From NCBI GenBank assembly GCA_963801165.1, contig CAWDDT010000006.1, positions 352,001 through 416,000 of the forward strand: a stretch of DNA of 64,000 nucleotides, given 5' to 3'. This document shows, one piece after another, positions 1 through 9,581 of this stretch (positions within the stretch are counted from its first letter, which is position 1; each line of letters opens with the position of its first letter). The notes under the pieces are model-generated. The model made no database searches and was not told where the DNA came from. It saw only the letters and a list, made by a program, of their open reading frames with translations. A program made the position numbers and the translations under genes. Source of the DNA: an uncultured bacterium. Lineage in GTDB: Bacteria > Actinomycetota > Acidimicrobiia > Spongiisociales > UBA5794.

Positions 1-31
1 CACGATCCGGTACTGTGCTGTATCGTGGAAT
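1..31. promoter_or_regulatory. Tandem pseudo-palindromic operator upstream of the IclR gene (first site cut by window edge)
   Basis: 15-31 reads ATTCCACGATACAGCAC on the minus strand and 1-13 reads CACGATCCGGTAC; both resemble the sites at 6189-6223. Confidence 0.6.
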
Positions 32-58
32 GCACACCCTAGCTATGGAATCAGCATC

Positions 59-820
59 GTGTCGAAGGTTCAATCCGTGCAGCGGGCATTTCGGCTCCTC
101 CAGCAACTCGCGTCCGAGGAGATGGGGGTGACCAAGCTCGCCGAGGCATCCGATCTCCCCAAGAGCACGGTGGCCAGACTGCTCAAGACCCTCGAGCACG
201 AAGGCGCGGTCGAATGGGACACCGCCACCGCCCGGTACCGCATCGGGCCGTCGATTGTCTCGCTGGCCGGATCGACCGACCCGGCTGCCGATCTGATCGC
301 ACACACCCGCCCCCACCTGGTGGTGCTGGCAGAGGTGACCGGGGAGGATGCCGGGTTGGCGGTACCGGACGGCCGCTTGACGCACTACGTCGCCCAGGTA
401 GGAACAAACAACGCGGTCCAGGTCAGCGACTGGACCGGACAGCGACTCCCGATGCACTCGGTCGCGTCGGGTCTGGCGATGCTCGCCTTCCTTCCCGAAT
501 CTGTGAGGGAGCAATACCTGGCCGACCCGATCGAACGGTTCACCGACGCCACCATGACGGATCCCGACGATCTCAGAGCACGTCTGGCGCAGATCCGATT
601 GGACGGCTTTGCCTGGTGCAATGCCGACTACGTGGAGGGTCTGAGCGCGGTCGCGGCTCCCATCCTCGATACCGCGGGCCGCCCGACCGGCGCCATCCAC
701 GTCCATGGGCCCAGTTTCCGATTCCCGCCCGACGCCCAGCGGGACGAGATCGCGGCGCTGGTCGTCGACAAGGCCCGGCTCGTCTCCGACTCGGCGATCA
801 CCTCCTCACCCGTTCACTGA
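59..820 (+). CDS. IclR family transcriptional regulator
   Basis: N-terminal VQSVQRAFRLL/LPKSTVARLL HTH; C-terminal GLSAVAAPI...GAIHVHGP effector domain. Confidence 0.95.
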   Translation: MSKVQSVQRAFRLLQQLASEEMGVTKLAEASDLPKSTVARLLKTLEHEGAVEWDTATARYRIGPSIVSLAGSTDPAADLIAHTRPHLVVLAEVTGEDAGLAVPDGRLTHYVAQVGTNNAVQVSDWTGQRLPMHSVASGLAMLAFLPESVREQYLADPIERFTDATMTDPDDLRARLAQIRLDGFAWCNADYVEGLSAVAAPILDTAGRPTGAIHVHGPSFRFPPDAQRDEIAALVVDKARLVSDSAITSSPVH

Positions 821-2116
821 GAAGCTCGAATCGGGGTTGATCTCACGATTGCGGGAGTAGAAGCCCATGTCGAGCGTCATCCCCTTGTACCGCTGTCGTA
901 CCGTCACCGGCTCATTGTCGTGGTCGGCACCGTGCTCGACGGCGTCGATCAGAGCGGCCATGCAGTACCCCACCACCGCGGCGTTCTTGAATTGGTTGCC
1001 CGACGTTCCCACGGCCATGTAGAAGCCGTCGAGCGCCGACCGGTCATAGACCGGGATCCAGTCATCCGAGACGTCGTATAGGTCGACGACACCCTTTGGT
1101 TGCTGCGGTACCGGGAGGTCCGGGATGCGTCGTGCCAGCCGCAGCACCTGGGCATCCCAAGCTCCGCGGGAAACGGCACGGTCGAACACGTCGGGGTTCT
1201 CTACCCAGGTCCGCGGGTCACACTCCGGGTCCTCGCTCCCGACGAGGATGTGGTTGCCCGTCGCGGGCCGAAAATACGTGCCGATGTCGGCGTCGGATAC
1301 GTGCATGCCTTCCATGGAGAAGTCGAAGTCGCCGGGAGCGGGAACGTGATGCACCTCGTGACGCAGGGCCCTGGTCTTGATGTTCATCTGCTCGTCGACA
1401 CCCGCCATCCGGTTGATGACGAACGAGTGCGGGCCCGCCACGTTCACCACCACACCGGCGTCGATCTTCTCACCCGACCCGAGCGTGACACCCTGCACGC
1501 GTGACCCGGAGCGGCGGATCTCCGTGACCTCGGTGTTGTACCTGAAGTCGCTGCCGAGCGCCTTCGCTGCAGTGACCAGATTGCGGGTCGCCAGCTGCGG
1601 ATCCGATACGTAGCCGGACTCGGGCGTGTAGATGGCTCCGAGAAGCTCATCGGTCGGGTCGTCCCAGAAGGCGGCATCGTCGGGCCGCTTGGGTGGGTAG
1701 AACGACCCCGGGCTTAGTAGGGGCAGACGCTCGAGCACGGTCGCCATGTCCCATTCCTCATAGAGGACACCGACCGCATCGTATTGACGCAGCACCTTTC
1801 TCCAATGCTCACCCTGGACGGTCTTCAGCTGCACCGTCCCACAATTGATGTAACCGGCCAGACCCGCTTCGTCCGCGACGCCGACGTACTGCTCCCAATC
1901 CTTCCAGTACGAGAAGCCCTCGTAGGCCATGGCGACCCCGTCCCACGTCGAGTAGCTGGCACGAACGATGGCACAGCTGTTGGACGTCGAGCCGTATCCG
2001 GGGGCGGGGAGCTTGTCGACGCTAACCGTGCGGTATCCGAGTTTGGCGAGCTCGAACGCCGTGGCGGCACCGATGATGCCGGTACCGATGACGATGGCGT
2101 CATAGTCGTTGCTCAT
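806..2116 (-). CDS. FAD-dependent oxidoreductase, sarcosine oxidase beta/DAO-like
   Basis: GTGIIG FAD motif, GSTSNS, GTSGNQFKNA C-terminal motif. Confidence 0.85.
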   Translation of the reverse strand: MSNDYDAIVIGTGIIGAATAFELAKLGYRTVSVDKLPAPGYGSTSNSCAIVRASYSTWDGVAMAYEGFSYWKDWEQYVGVADEAGLAGYINCGTVQLKTVQGEHWRKVLRQYDAVGVLYEEWDMATVLERLPLLSPGSFYPPKRPDDAAFWDDPTDELLGAIYTPESGYVSDPQLATRNLVTAAKALGSDFRYNTEVTEIRRSGSRVQGVTLGSGEKIDAGVVVNVAGPHSFVINRMAGVDEQMNIKTRALRHEVHHVPAPGDFDFSMEGMHVSDADIGTYFRPATGNHILVGSEDPECDPRTWVENPDVFDRAVSRGAWDAQVLRLARRIPDLPVPQQPKGVVDLYDVSDDWIPVYDRSALDGFYMAVGTSGNQFKNAAVVGYCMAALIDAVEHGADHDNEPVTVRQRYKGMTLDMGFYSRNREINPDSSFSVNG

Positions 2117-2119
2117 GGC

Positions 2120-4552
2120 TCAACTCCGCATCTTCTGGCCACGAGGGTCGTACAGGGGCTCGGGCCGGATCGAAGCCGGGCGCCGCCGGCCAATGATTTC
2201 GATGGTGAACCCGTGAGGCTCGTTGGCAAGCTCGACCGGGACGTAGCCGAGTGCGATCGACTGCTGCGTGTAATGGCCGAATCCACCCGACGTCACCCAC
2301 CCGACCGGCTCGTCGCCGTGGAAGATCGGCTCGTCACCGCTCACGTCGGCGTCATCGGCGTCGACCGCAAACGTCACCAGCCGCCGTCGTGGCCCGCGCT
2401 CTTTCGCTGCCGCGGCCGCCTCTCTGCCGACAAATGGGCCCTTGCCCAGCTTCACGAAGACCCCGAGACCGGCCTCGTAGGGGTCGTAGATGTTGCGGTA
2501 CTCCGTCGCCCAGGACCCGTAGCTCTTCTCGAGCCGCAGCGAGTCGACGGCGCGCGCCCCGAACAGCCGGAGCCCGTACGGTTCGCCCGCCTCCATCAGG
2601 TCGTCGAAGAGACGCAGTTCGTATTCCGGGGCGACCCAGATCTCGAAACCGAGCTCGCCGGTGAAGCTGATACGCCCAACCAACGCCGGCGTCATCCCGA
2701 TATCCATGTGTCTGATCGCCAGGAAAGGGAACGCCGCATCGGACATATCGTGTGCGGTCAGGCTCTGCAGGATATCTCGGGAGGCGGGGCCGGCAACGGC
2801 GAGCCCGACGAGCGATGGGCCGAGGGCCGCAACGCTCACCGTGCCGTCGCCCGGGAGATGGGAGAGAAACCACCGCATGTGATAGTTCTCGGCGGTGCCG
2901 TTCCCGATGATCCGGAACGAGCCATCCTCCAACGCCGCGATAGTGAAGTCGCCGATCAGCTTTCCCTGGTCGTTGAGCATCGGGGTCAAACCGATCCGGC
3001 CGGTGTCGGGAAGACGATTCGCCATGACGCCGTCCAGCCAGCCGGCGGCGCCGGGACCGCTCACCCGGTACTTGCCATAGTTCGTCGTCTCGATCAGACC
3101 CGCCTGCTCCCGGACGGCGCGGCACTCCTCGGCCACTACCGCAAAGGCGTTCGAGCGCCGGTAGGTGACGTTCTCGAACGGCTCCTCGCCCGGGCGCTGG
3201 AACCAGAGGCTGTGCTCCAGCCCGTATGCCGCGCCCCACACGGCGTTCGCCTCGCGGAGCCGGCCATGGATTGGTGTTGTCTGCAGCGGCCGGCCCGCAG
3301 GCAACTCCTCGTTCGGGAAGGTAATGCTGAAACGACGCGAGTAGTTCTCCCGCACCTTGGCATCGGTGTAGGCCATCGTCGCCCAGTCACCGAACCGGCT
3401 CACGTCCATCGCCCACACATCGAGACCAGGGTCGCCGTCGGTCATCCAGTTCGCCAGCGCCAGACCGACCCCACCCCCCTGGCTCAAACCGGCCATGACC
3501 CCGCACGCCACCCAGTAGTTGGTCAGACCCTTGATGGGCCCGACCAGCGGGTTGCCGTCGGGTGCGAAGGTGAACGGCCCATTCACGACATCCCGGATTC
3601 CCGCCTCGGCGAAAGCCGGGTAGTGCTCGAATCCCACCTCGAGCGAGGGAGCGATACGGTCGAGATCCGGCGGCAGCAGTTGCGGCCCGAAGTCCCACGG
3701 TGTCTCGCGCGGTGACCACGGGACCCCGGCCTTCTCGTACGTCCCCATGAGCATCGCGTCCCGCTCCTGTCTGAGGTACAGCTCGCCACCGAAGTCCATA
3801 ACGCCCACGAGCTCCTTGCCTTCGTTGGCGTCCGAGTACGCCTTCACCTCAGCCATGGGCTCTGTGATCAGATACATGTGCTCCATCGCCAGGATCGGGA
3901 TCTCGAGCCCGACCATCCGGCCTACCTCGCGAGCCCACAACCCGCCGGCGTTTACGACGTGGTCGGCGACGACCTCACCCTTGGTGGTCACGAGACGCCA
4001 CCTCCGGTCGGACCGCTGCTCCATGTCCTCGACCTGGCAGTGTCGCTCCACTTCGGCACCCATGGTGCGGGCCGCCGCGGCGTATGCGTGCGTCACGCCG
4101 GACGGGTCGACGTGGCCCTCCATTGCGTCGTAGAGAGCTCCAACGAAGTGGCTCTCGTCCATGAGCGGGAACAGCTCTTTCGCCTCCCGGACCGAGATGA
4201 TCTCCGTATCCATCCCGAGGTAACGGCCCCGGGCGTGCGCCATGCGGAGCCAATCGAGCCGCTCCGGGGTATCGGCGAGCAGCAGCCCACCGGGGAGATG
4301 GATGCCACAATCGCGTCCCGAGAGCTCCTCGATCTCGCGGTACAACTCGATCGTGTACTGCTGGAGCGCAGCAACATTCGGGTCGCCGTTGAGCGTGTGC
4401 ATGCCGCCCGCCGCGTGCCACGTCGACCCGGCGGTGAGCTCGCGACGTTCGAGCAGCAGGAGGTCCTTCCAGCCGGCTTTGGCAAGGTGATACAGCACGC
4501 TGCACCCCACTACCCCGCCACCGATGACAACTACCCGGGCTTCATCTCGCAT
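2120..4552 (-). CDS. Dimethylglycine dehydrogenase-like (DAO + GcvT domains)
   Basis: GGGVVG, ELTAGSTWHAAG covalent-FAD His motif, RISFTGELGFE GcvT motif; ATG at 4552 chosen over TTG at 4576. Confidence 0.9.
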   Translation of the reverse strand: MRDEARVVVIGGGVVGCSVLYHLAKAGWKDLLLLERRELTAGSTWHAAGGMHTLNGDPNVAALQQYTIELYREIEELSGRDCGIHLPGGLLLADTPERLDWLRMAHARGRYLGMDTEIISVREAKELFPLMDESHFVGALYDAMEGHVDPSGVTHAYAAAARTMGAEVERHCQVEDMEQRSDRRWRLVTTKGEVVADHVVNAGGLWAREVGRMVGLEIPILAMEHMYLITEPMAEVKAYSDANEGKELVGVMDFGGELYLRQERDAMLMGTYEKAGVPWSPRETPWDFGPQLLPPDLDRIAPSLEVGFEHYPAFAEAGIRDVVNGPFTFAPDGNPLVGPIKGLTNYWVACGVMAGLSQGGGVGLALANWMTDGDPGLDVWAMDVSRFGDWATMAYTDAKVRENYSRRFSITFPNEELPAGRPLQTTPIHGRLREANAVWGAAYGLEHSLWFQRPGEEPFENVTYRRSNAFAVVAEECRAVREQAGLIETTNYGKYRVSGPGAAGWLDGVMANRLPDTGRIGLTPMLNDQGKLIGDFTIAALEDGSFRIIGNGTAENYHMRWFLSHLPGDGTVSVAALGPSLVGLAVAGPASRDILQSLTAHDMSDAAFPFLAIRHMDIGMTPALVGRISFTGELGFEIWVAPEYELRLFDDLMEAGEPYGLRLFGARAVDSLRLEKSYGSWATEYRNIYDPYEAGLGVFVKLGKGPFVGREAAAAAKERGPRRRLVTFAVDADDADVSGDEPIFHGDEPVGWVTSGGFGHYTQQSIALGYVPVELANEPHGFTIEIIGRRRPASIRPEPLYDPRGQKMRS

Positions 4553-4576
4553 GCTCGCCGTCCGATCTCTCGCCAA

Positions 4577-6103
4577 TCATTGAAACTCTGCGGGATCGAT
4601 CTCGGTACGTCGCCGGGTCATGTACTCGAGCAGAGCCGCGTCAACCGCCTCGTCGAGCGGCGGCTGTTCGTAGCGTCCGAGCAACTCCTGCCATGCGGCC
4701 GTGGCCCGCTCTTCCGCCGGGTGGGCACCCGCGGCCGACCACGTCTCGAATGAGTCACGATCCGCCAGCTGAGGCCGCTGCAACGCATGCCGGAAGCGGG
4801 CAAGCGTGTGTGGAGTCCCGAGATGATGCCCACCGGGTGGCACCTCCGTCAGGATGGAAGCGAGGGCCCATTCGTCCGCGTCCCAACTGACACCCTGGGC
4901 CATCCGGGCGAATACACCGAGCAGATCGAGGTCGAGCATGAACTTCTCGTAGCTGGCCGTGAGGCCACTCTCCATCCAGCCCACCGCGTGCAGGATGAAG
5001 TTGGGCTTGGTGAGCATGGACGAGAACAGGGAGATCGCCGATTCCATGCCCGACTGAGAGTCGGGGACTTTCCCGCTGGTGTAGCCGCCGGCGGCGCGGA
5101 ACGGGAGCCCGTAGCGCCGCGCCATTGCCGAGGTGAGAAACTGTGCGAGCACGCTCTCGCCGGTCCCGAACGATGGCGCTCCGCTCTGCAGGTCGATGGT
5201 CGCCAGGAAAGGGCCGTATACGCAGGGCGTTCCTTTGCGCACCATTTGAGCGAAGACGATGCCGGCCAGCGCCTCGGCGTTCGCCTGCGCGACCGTTCCC
5301 AGGATCGATACCGGGCCCATCGCCCCTGCCAGGATGAACGGCGACAGCATCACGATCTGGTTAGCCCCGGCATAGGCGCGCAGCGTGCCCAGCATCCGGT
5401 CGTCGAGCCGGCGCGGGCTCGACACGTTCACGGTCGCCAGCAGCACGTGGTGGTTCGCCACGAAATCCTCACCAAAGACGATGCGAGCCATCTCGATGGA
5501 ATCGCGAGAAGACATCCCGATCGGGTAGTGGCCCATCATCGGCTTATCACCATGTCTGATGTGGGCGTACATGATGTCGAGCCCACGCTCGTGAAACGGC
5601 ACATCACCCGGCACGATGATCTCCGAGCCCTGGTTGTGGAGATAAGGCGACATCTGGGTCATCTTGATGAAGTTGACGAGATCGGCATATGTGCCCTGGC
5701 GGCGGCCGGCGATCCGATCGTGGACGTAGGGTGGGCCGGCCACCGGAGCGAAAACCATGTGGTCTCCACCGATGACAACGTTGCGAGCGTGGTTTCGGGC
5801 CGTGTGGGTGAACTCGCCCGGGCAGTGCGCCAGATACTCCATCACTAGTTCGCGATCGAAACGAACGATGGAGTCATCGCCCACTTTGGCCCCGTGGTCG
5901 GCGAGGATGCGCAGCGAAGGATCGTCGTAGAACGCGATGCCGGCTTCTTCGAGGATGCGCATCGACGTGTCGTGAATCGTCGCCGTCTGCTCCTCGGTGG
6001 CGAGCTCGTATGCGGGGATCCGATGGAGTGGCTGGTCGATGGTGACCACAACCGGGTCGGCAGCGAGACGGGCCTTACGGCCCACGCGTCGATTGGTCAC
6101 CAT
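4577..6103 (-). CDS. Trimethylamine/glycine betaine methyltransferase family (non-pyrrolysine MttB)
   Basis: IHDTSMRILEEAGI, SPRRLD, AGAMGPVS, KVPDSQ, GWMESGLTASYEK, GGHHLG motifs; no in-frame amber. Confidence 0.9.
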   Translation of the reverse strand: MVTNRRVGRKARLAADPVVVTIDQPLHRIPAYELATEEQTATIHDTSMRILEEAGIAFYDDPSLRILADHGAKVGDDSIVRFDRELVMEYLAHCPGEFTHTARNHARNVVIGGDHMVFAPVAGPPYVHDRIAGRRQGTYADLVNFIKMTQMSPYLHNQGSEIIVPGDVPFHERGLDIMYAHIRHGDKPMMGHYPIGMSSRDSIEMARIVFGEDFVANHHVLLATVNVSSPRRLDDRMLGTLRAYAGANQIVMLSPFILAGAMGPVSILGTVAQANAEALAGIVFAQMVRKGTPCVYGPFLATIDLQSGAPSFGTGESVLAQFLTSAMARRYGLPFRAAGGYTSGKVPDSQSGMESAISLFSSMLTKPNFILHAVGWMESGLTASYEKFMLDLDLLGVFARMAQGVSWDADEWALASILTEVPPGGHHLGTPHTLARFRHALQRPQLADRDSFETWSAAGAHPAEERATAAWQELLGRYEQPPLDEAVDAALLEYMTRRRTEIDPAEFQ

Positions 6104-6188
6104 GAGGAATTGGTCCTCACCGGGTACACATACGCATCGTTGGACATACGCCTCCCACCGCTAACGCTGCGGTACCTTAGACGTCATT

Positions 6189-6223
6189 GTGCCACCATAC
6201 AGCACGGTTCCACGATGCGGAAC
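6189..6223. promoter_or_regulatory. Tandem 17-bp operator sites upstream of the MttB operon (probable IclR boxes)
   Basis: GTGCCACCATACAGCAC (6189-6205) and GTTCCACGATGCGGAAC (6207-6223; GTTCC-N7-GGAAC). Confidence 0.65.
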
Positions 6224-6498
6224 AGAGCCCCGCACACGTTGCCGAACGGCATGAACCGCGGGAATGCATTGAGGAACAGTTGACAGACGATCCGGCTGTT
6301 GCACCCACGCCGACAAGGGACGGCCAACCACCCGATCCCGACATTTGGGCATCTCGGCAGCGGGTCCTGCCCCGTGTTTCCAGACTCATAGATGAAGGCT
6401 GGCAATCAAACGCCTTGTTCACTCCACCGCAACGCCGGCCCGTGCTTCTCCCCAACCAAGGACGCCGGAATGGCGAAACCGTCACACGAGAGATTTCT

Positions 6499-6520
6499 TG
6501 TCACACCCGGTTGATACGTT
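6499..6520 (+). promoter_or_regulatory. RecA-NDp/PafBC-type DNA-damage promoter, probably leaderless
   Basis: TGTCAC-N10-TACGTT versus consensus TGTCGG-N10-TANNNT; ATG 6 nt downstream. Confidence 0.65.
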
Positions 6521-6526
6521 GTTGTC

Positions 6527-7645
6527 ATGTTGTTCACCGATCCCGACGTTGTAGTCGATTTCCGGGCCGAGTTGGCAGAGAACAATGCCGACATTGCCCG
6601 TCTCCTGGCACGCCAGCTCACGCTGCTCAACCAGCTGCACCGGGCCGGGGTCGCTCAGGCCGACGGGGCCCGCTCGATGGTCGACTGGACCGCAACCACC
6701 CTGGACGTCAACCACAACAACGCTCAGCAAATGGTCGATGCCGCCAATCGCATGTACCGCACCGACCCGCACCTATACCGACAGTTCGAAGCCGGTGACA
6801 TCACCTTCGACCGGGCCATCGCCACCCTCAACCTGATCGGTACCGAAGCCCCCACCGCTGTCATCGAACGCAGCTTCCACATCGATCTGACCGCAGTCAA
6901 CCGGCTCACCCACCAATACCGGGCTATCACCCGCAAAGACGAAAAACAAGCCTTCTGTGACCGCTACTTCACCATCCAACCCAACCTGGACAACACACAG
7001 TGGCGGGGCAGCTTCGAACTCCCCGCCACCGAAGGCTCAATCGTCGACCAAGCCATCGCCGGGCGAGCAGACCAGCTACGACGGCTCCCCGGCTCGGACC
7101 GTTACACCCGCAGCCAACTCAACGCCGACGCCCTGGTGATGATCTCCCAAGACTCCCTCGACAACAACACCACCGGCACATCCGCCGGTTCCGGTTCGGC
7201 TGCCACCATCTTTGTTGATTTGGACCGGGCCAACGGCACATCGGGTGAGATGGGTGTCGAGCTGCAATACGGACCGAGGGTCGGACCAGCCGTACTTGAA
7301 GAGGTTCTGTGTGGCGGCACCGTCCGGATGGTCGGACTAGAAGACGGTCAACCCGTCGTCACCACCCAGGCAACCTCGACGATCCCCCCGGCGATTCGGG
7401 ACTATGTGGCCTGGCGCGACAAAGGCTGCGTCGTCGCCGGCTGTCACAGCCGCTACCGGCTCCAAATCCACCACATCAACCACCGAGCCCATGGCGGCGA
7501 CCACGACCCCAACAACCTCGCAACATTGTGCTGGTTCCACCACCACGTCGCCATCCACCACACCGGATTCACCCTCAACACCAACGACCCACCCCACTGT
7601 CGCAGACTCGTAAAGCCCAACCGCGGCCACGACCCGCCCTGGTGA
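6527..7645 (+). CDS. DUF222 domain / HNH endonuclease (REP13E12-like)
   Basis: RDKGCVVAGC...IHHINHRAHGG...NLATLCWFHH HNH, QLNADAL DUF222 motif, terminal DPP. Confidence 0.9.
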   Translation: MLFTDPDVVVDFRAELAENNADIARLLARQLTLLNQLHRAGVAQADGARSMVDWTATTLDVNHNNAQQMVDAANRMYRTDPHLYRQFEAGDITFDRAIATLNLIGTEAPTAVIERSFHIDLTAVNRLTHQYRAITRKDEKQAFCDRYFTIQPNLDNTQWRGSFELPATEGSIVDQAIAGRADQLRRLPGSDRYTRSQLNADALVMISQDSLDNNTTGTSAGSGSAATIFVDLDRANGTSGEMGVELQYGPRVGPAVLEEVLCGGTVRMVGLEDGQPVVTTQATSTIPPAIRDYVAWRDKGCVVAGCHSRYRLQIHHINHRAHGGDHDPNNLATLCWFHHHVAIHHTGFTLNTNDPPHCRRLVKPNRGHDPPW

Positions 7646-7895
7646 CCCTGCCGTGACTTCCCCAGCCGAGGCCGGGCAGCATCCCCAAGCGTGGCCACGG
7701 TCACCCGGTACCGCCCGCGGGCCCGACCGGTCGGCACCGCTCTCTGTCCACTCGCATCCCCTGATCAAACCGATCGTCCGCCGACCAGGACTCCTCCGAG
7801 CACTTCAGCGCGCCCGTACCGGCGTAACCGCAGGCGGCGCCACCCAACCCACGAATCGGCAGTTATCGGCCCACTCCACTTCTACCATTGCGGGC

Positions 7896-8942
7896 ATGGT
7901 TGAACGTGTCCTGCTGGCTGAGCCACGCGGCTTCTGTGCCGGAGTCGAGATGGCGATCAAGTCGCTCACCTGGATGGTGAACATCTTCGAGCCGCCGGTC
8001 TTCTGCTACCACGAGATCGTGCACAACCAGGCCGTGGTTGCGGCGTTCGAGCAGGCCGGCGTGGTGTTCGTGAACGACATCAGCGAGGTACCGGAAGGCG
8101 CCCCGGTGATGCTGTCCGCCCATGGCTCTGCACCCGAGATCGTCGCCGACGCCACCCGGCGCGCCGCCGTCATGGTCGACGCCGTCTGCCCGCTGGTGAC
8201 CAAGGTCCACCACGAGGTCAAGCTGATGGCCAACAAGGATTACAACATCATCTACGTCGGTCACGCCGGGCATGACGAAGCAGTGGGCGCGGTCGCCGAA
8301 GCGCCGGCTGCGGTGACGCTCATCGACCCGGACCACGGTCTCGGGTCGTTCCAGCCTGCCGATCCGGGCAAGGTCGCGCTGCTGGCGCAGACCACCCTCG
8401 GCATCCACGAGTGGGAGGGAGTCCTCGATGCCGCGGCGGCACGCTACCCCGAGCTGAAGACCGCCCGGCGCAGCGACCTCTGCTACGCCACCACCAACCG
8501 GCAGACGGCGATCCGCCATCTCGCCGAGGAGGCCGACGTGATCCTGGTGGTCGGTTCCGAGAACTCCTCCAATACCCAGGCCCTGGTGCGTGTTGGCCGG
8601 AAACACGGCACCCCGACCTACCGGGTGGACGGCCCCGCGGACATCGACCCGAAATGGCTGGAGGGCCGAAGCGTGGTCGGGGTGACTGCGGGCGCCTCGG
8701 CACCCGACCAACGGGTCCGTGAGGTGATTGCGGCGATCAACCCTGTCCACGGTGACACACCGCTGGCGCTCACCGACGAGGACGAGTACTTCCCCCTGCC
8801 CCCGATGTTGCGGCAGTTCGTCAGGACGCTCCAAACCGTGGTCGAAGCGGCCTTCGCCGTGAGGAAGCCGAACCTCCCCGGGCCGATGGACATGGACCCG
8901 GAGCATTCAGCCACCGAGGCTCTCGACCTACTCGGCGTCTAG
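7896..8942 (+). CDS. ispH: 4-hydroxy-3-methylbut-2-enyl diphosphate reductase
   Basis: PRGFCAGV, DAVCPLVTKVH, LCYATTNRQ, SSNT, GVTAGASAP; start trimmed to ATG 7896. Confidence 0.97.
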   Translation: MVERVLLAEPRGFCAGVEMAIKSLTWMVNIFEPPVFCYHEIVHNQAVVAAFEQAGVVFVNDISEVPEGAPVMLSAHGSAPEIVADATRRAAVMVDAVCPLVTKVHHEVKLMANKDYNIIYVGHAGHDEAVGAVAEAPAAVTLIDPDHGLGSFQPADPGKVALLAQTTLGIHEWEGVLDAAAARYPELKTARRSDLCYATTNRQTAIRHLAEEADVILVVGSENSSNTQALVRVGRKHGTPTYRVDGPADIDPKWLEGRSVVGVTAGASAPDQRVREVIAAINPVHGDTPLALTDEDEYFPLPPMLRQFVRTLQTVVEAAFAVRKPNLPGPMDMDPEHSATEALDLLGV

Positions 8943-9581
8943 CGCTTCGACCAGCTCCAGGATGGCAGCCGCCACCTCCTCGGCGCTCAGATACGACGTA
9001 TCGATCTCGACCGCGTCTGCCGCCGGCCGCAGCGGCGAGGTCTCTCTCGTCGAATCGAGATGGTCCCGCCGGTTGAGATCAGCAACGATCTCCGCGACAT
9101 CCTGGTTGGCGGCCTCGGCATCACCGGCGCGACGGGCCGCACGGACCTCGGCGCTTGCGGTGAGGAACGCCTTGACCGGTGCTTCCGGGAACACCACGGT
9201 TCCGATGTCCCGCCCCTCGACAACAGCGTCCCCGCCCCGGGCCGCCACCCAGTCCCGCTGGATCTGCACGACGTGCTCCCTCACTCTGGGGAACGCCGAA
9301 ACCGCACTCACCGCCTTGGTGACCGGCTCGGATCGGGCCTCCTCGTTGACCGACCGCCCGTTCAGGGTGATGACTCCGCAGTCGTAGGCGATCTCGCCTG
9401 CAGTCACCGCGCCCAGCACCTCGTCCTCGTTCGTCAGGTCGGCCCCGGCATCGAGCGCCGCCACCGTCGCCGCCCGGTAGGTGGCACCCGTGTCGAGAAA
9501 GCTCACCCCGAGCGCCGCCGCCACCAGACGGGTCACGGTCGACTTACCCACTCCACCAGGACCGTCTATCGCGATGACCAC
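8928..9581 (-). CDS. cmk: Cytidylate kinase
   Basis: IAIDGPGGVGKST, LDTGATYR, EGRDIGTVVFP; start trimmed to GTG 9581. Confidence 0.96.
   Translation of the reverse strand: MVIAIDGPGGVGKSTVTRLVAAALGVSFLDTGATYRAATVAALDAGADLTNEDEVLGAVTAGEIAYDCGVITLNGRSVNEEARSEPVTKAVSAVSAFPRVREHVVQIQRDWVAARGGDAVVEGRDIGTVVFPEAPVKAFLTASAEVRAARRAGDAEAANQDVAEIVADLNRRDHLDSTRETSPLRPAADAVEIDTSYLSAEEVAAAILELVEALDAE

Noticed and set aside
1784-3715. 643-aa antisense ORF (likewise 16981-18729 and 31240-32925)
   Set aside because: Antisense mirrors of well-supported genes
4577-6103. Pyrrolysine recoding in MttB
   Set aside because: No in-frame TAG and no pyl genes in the window
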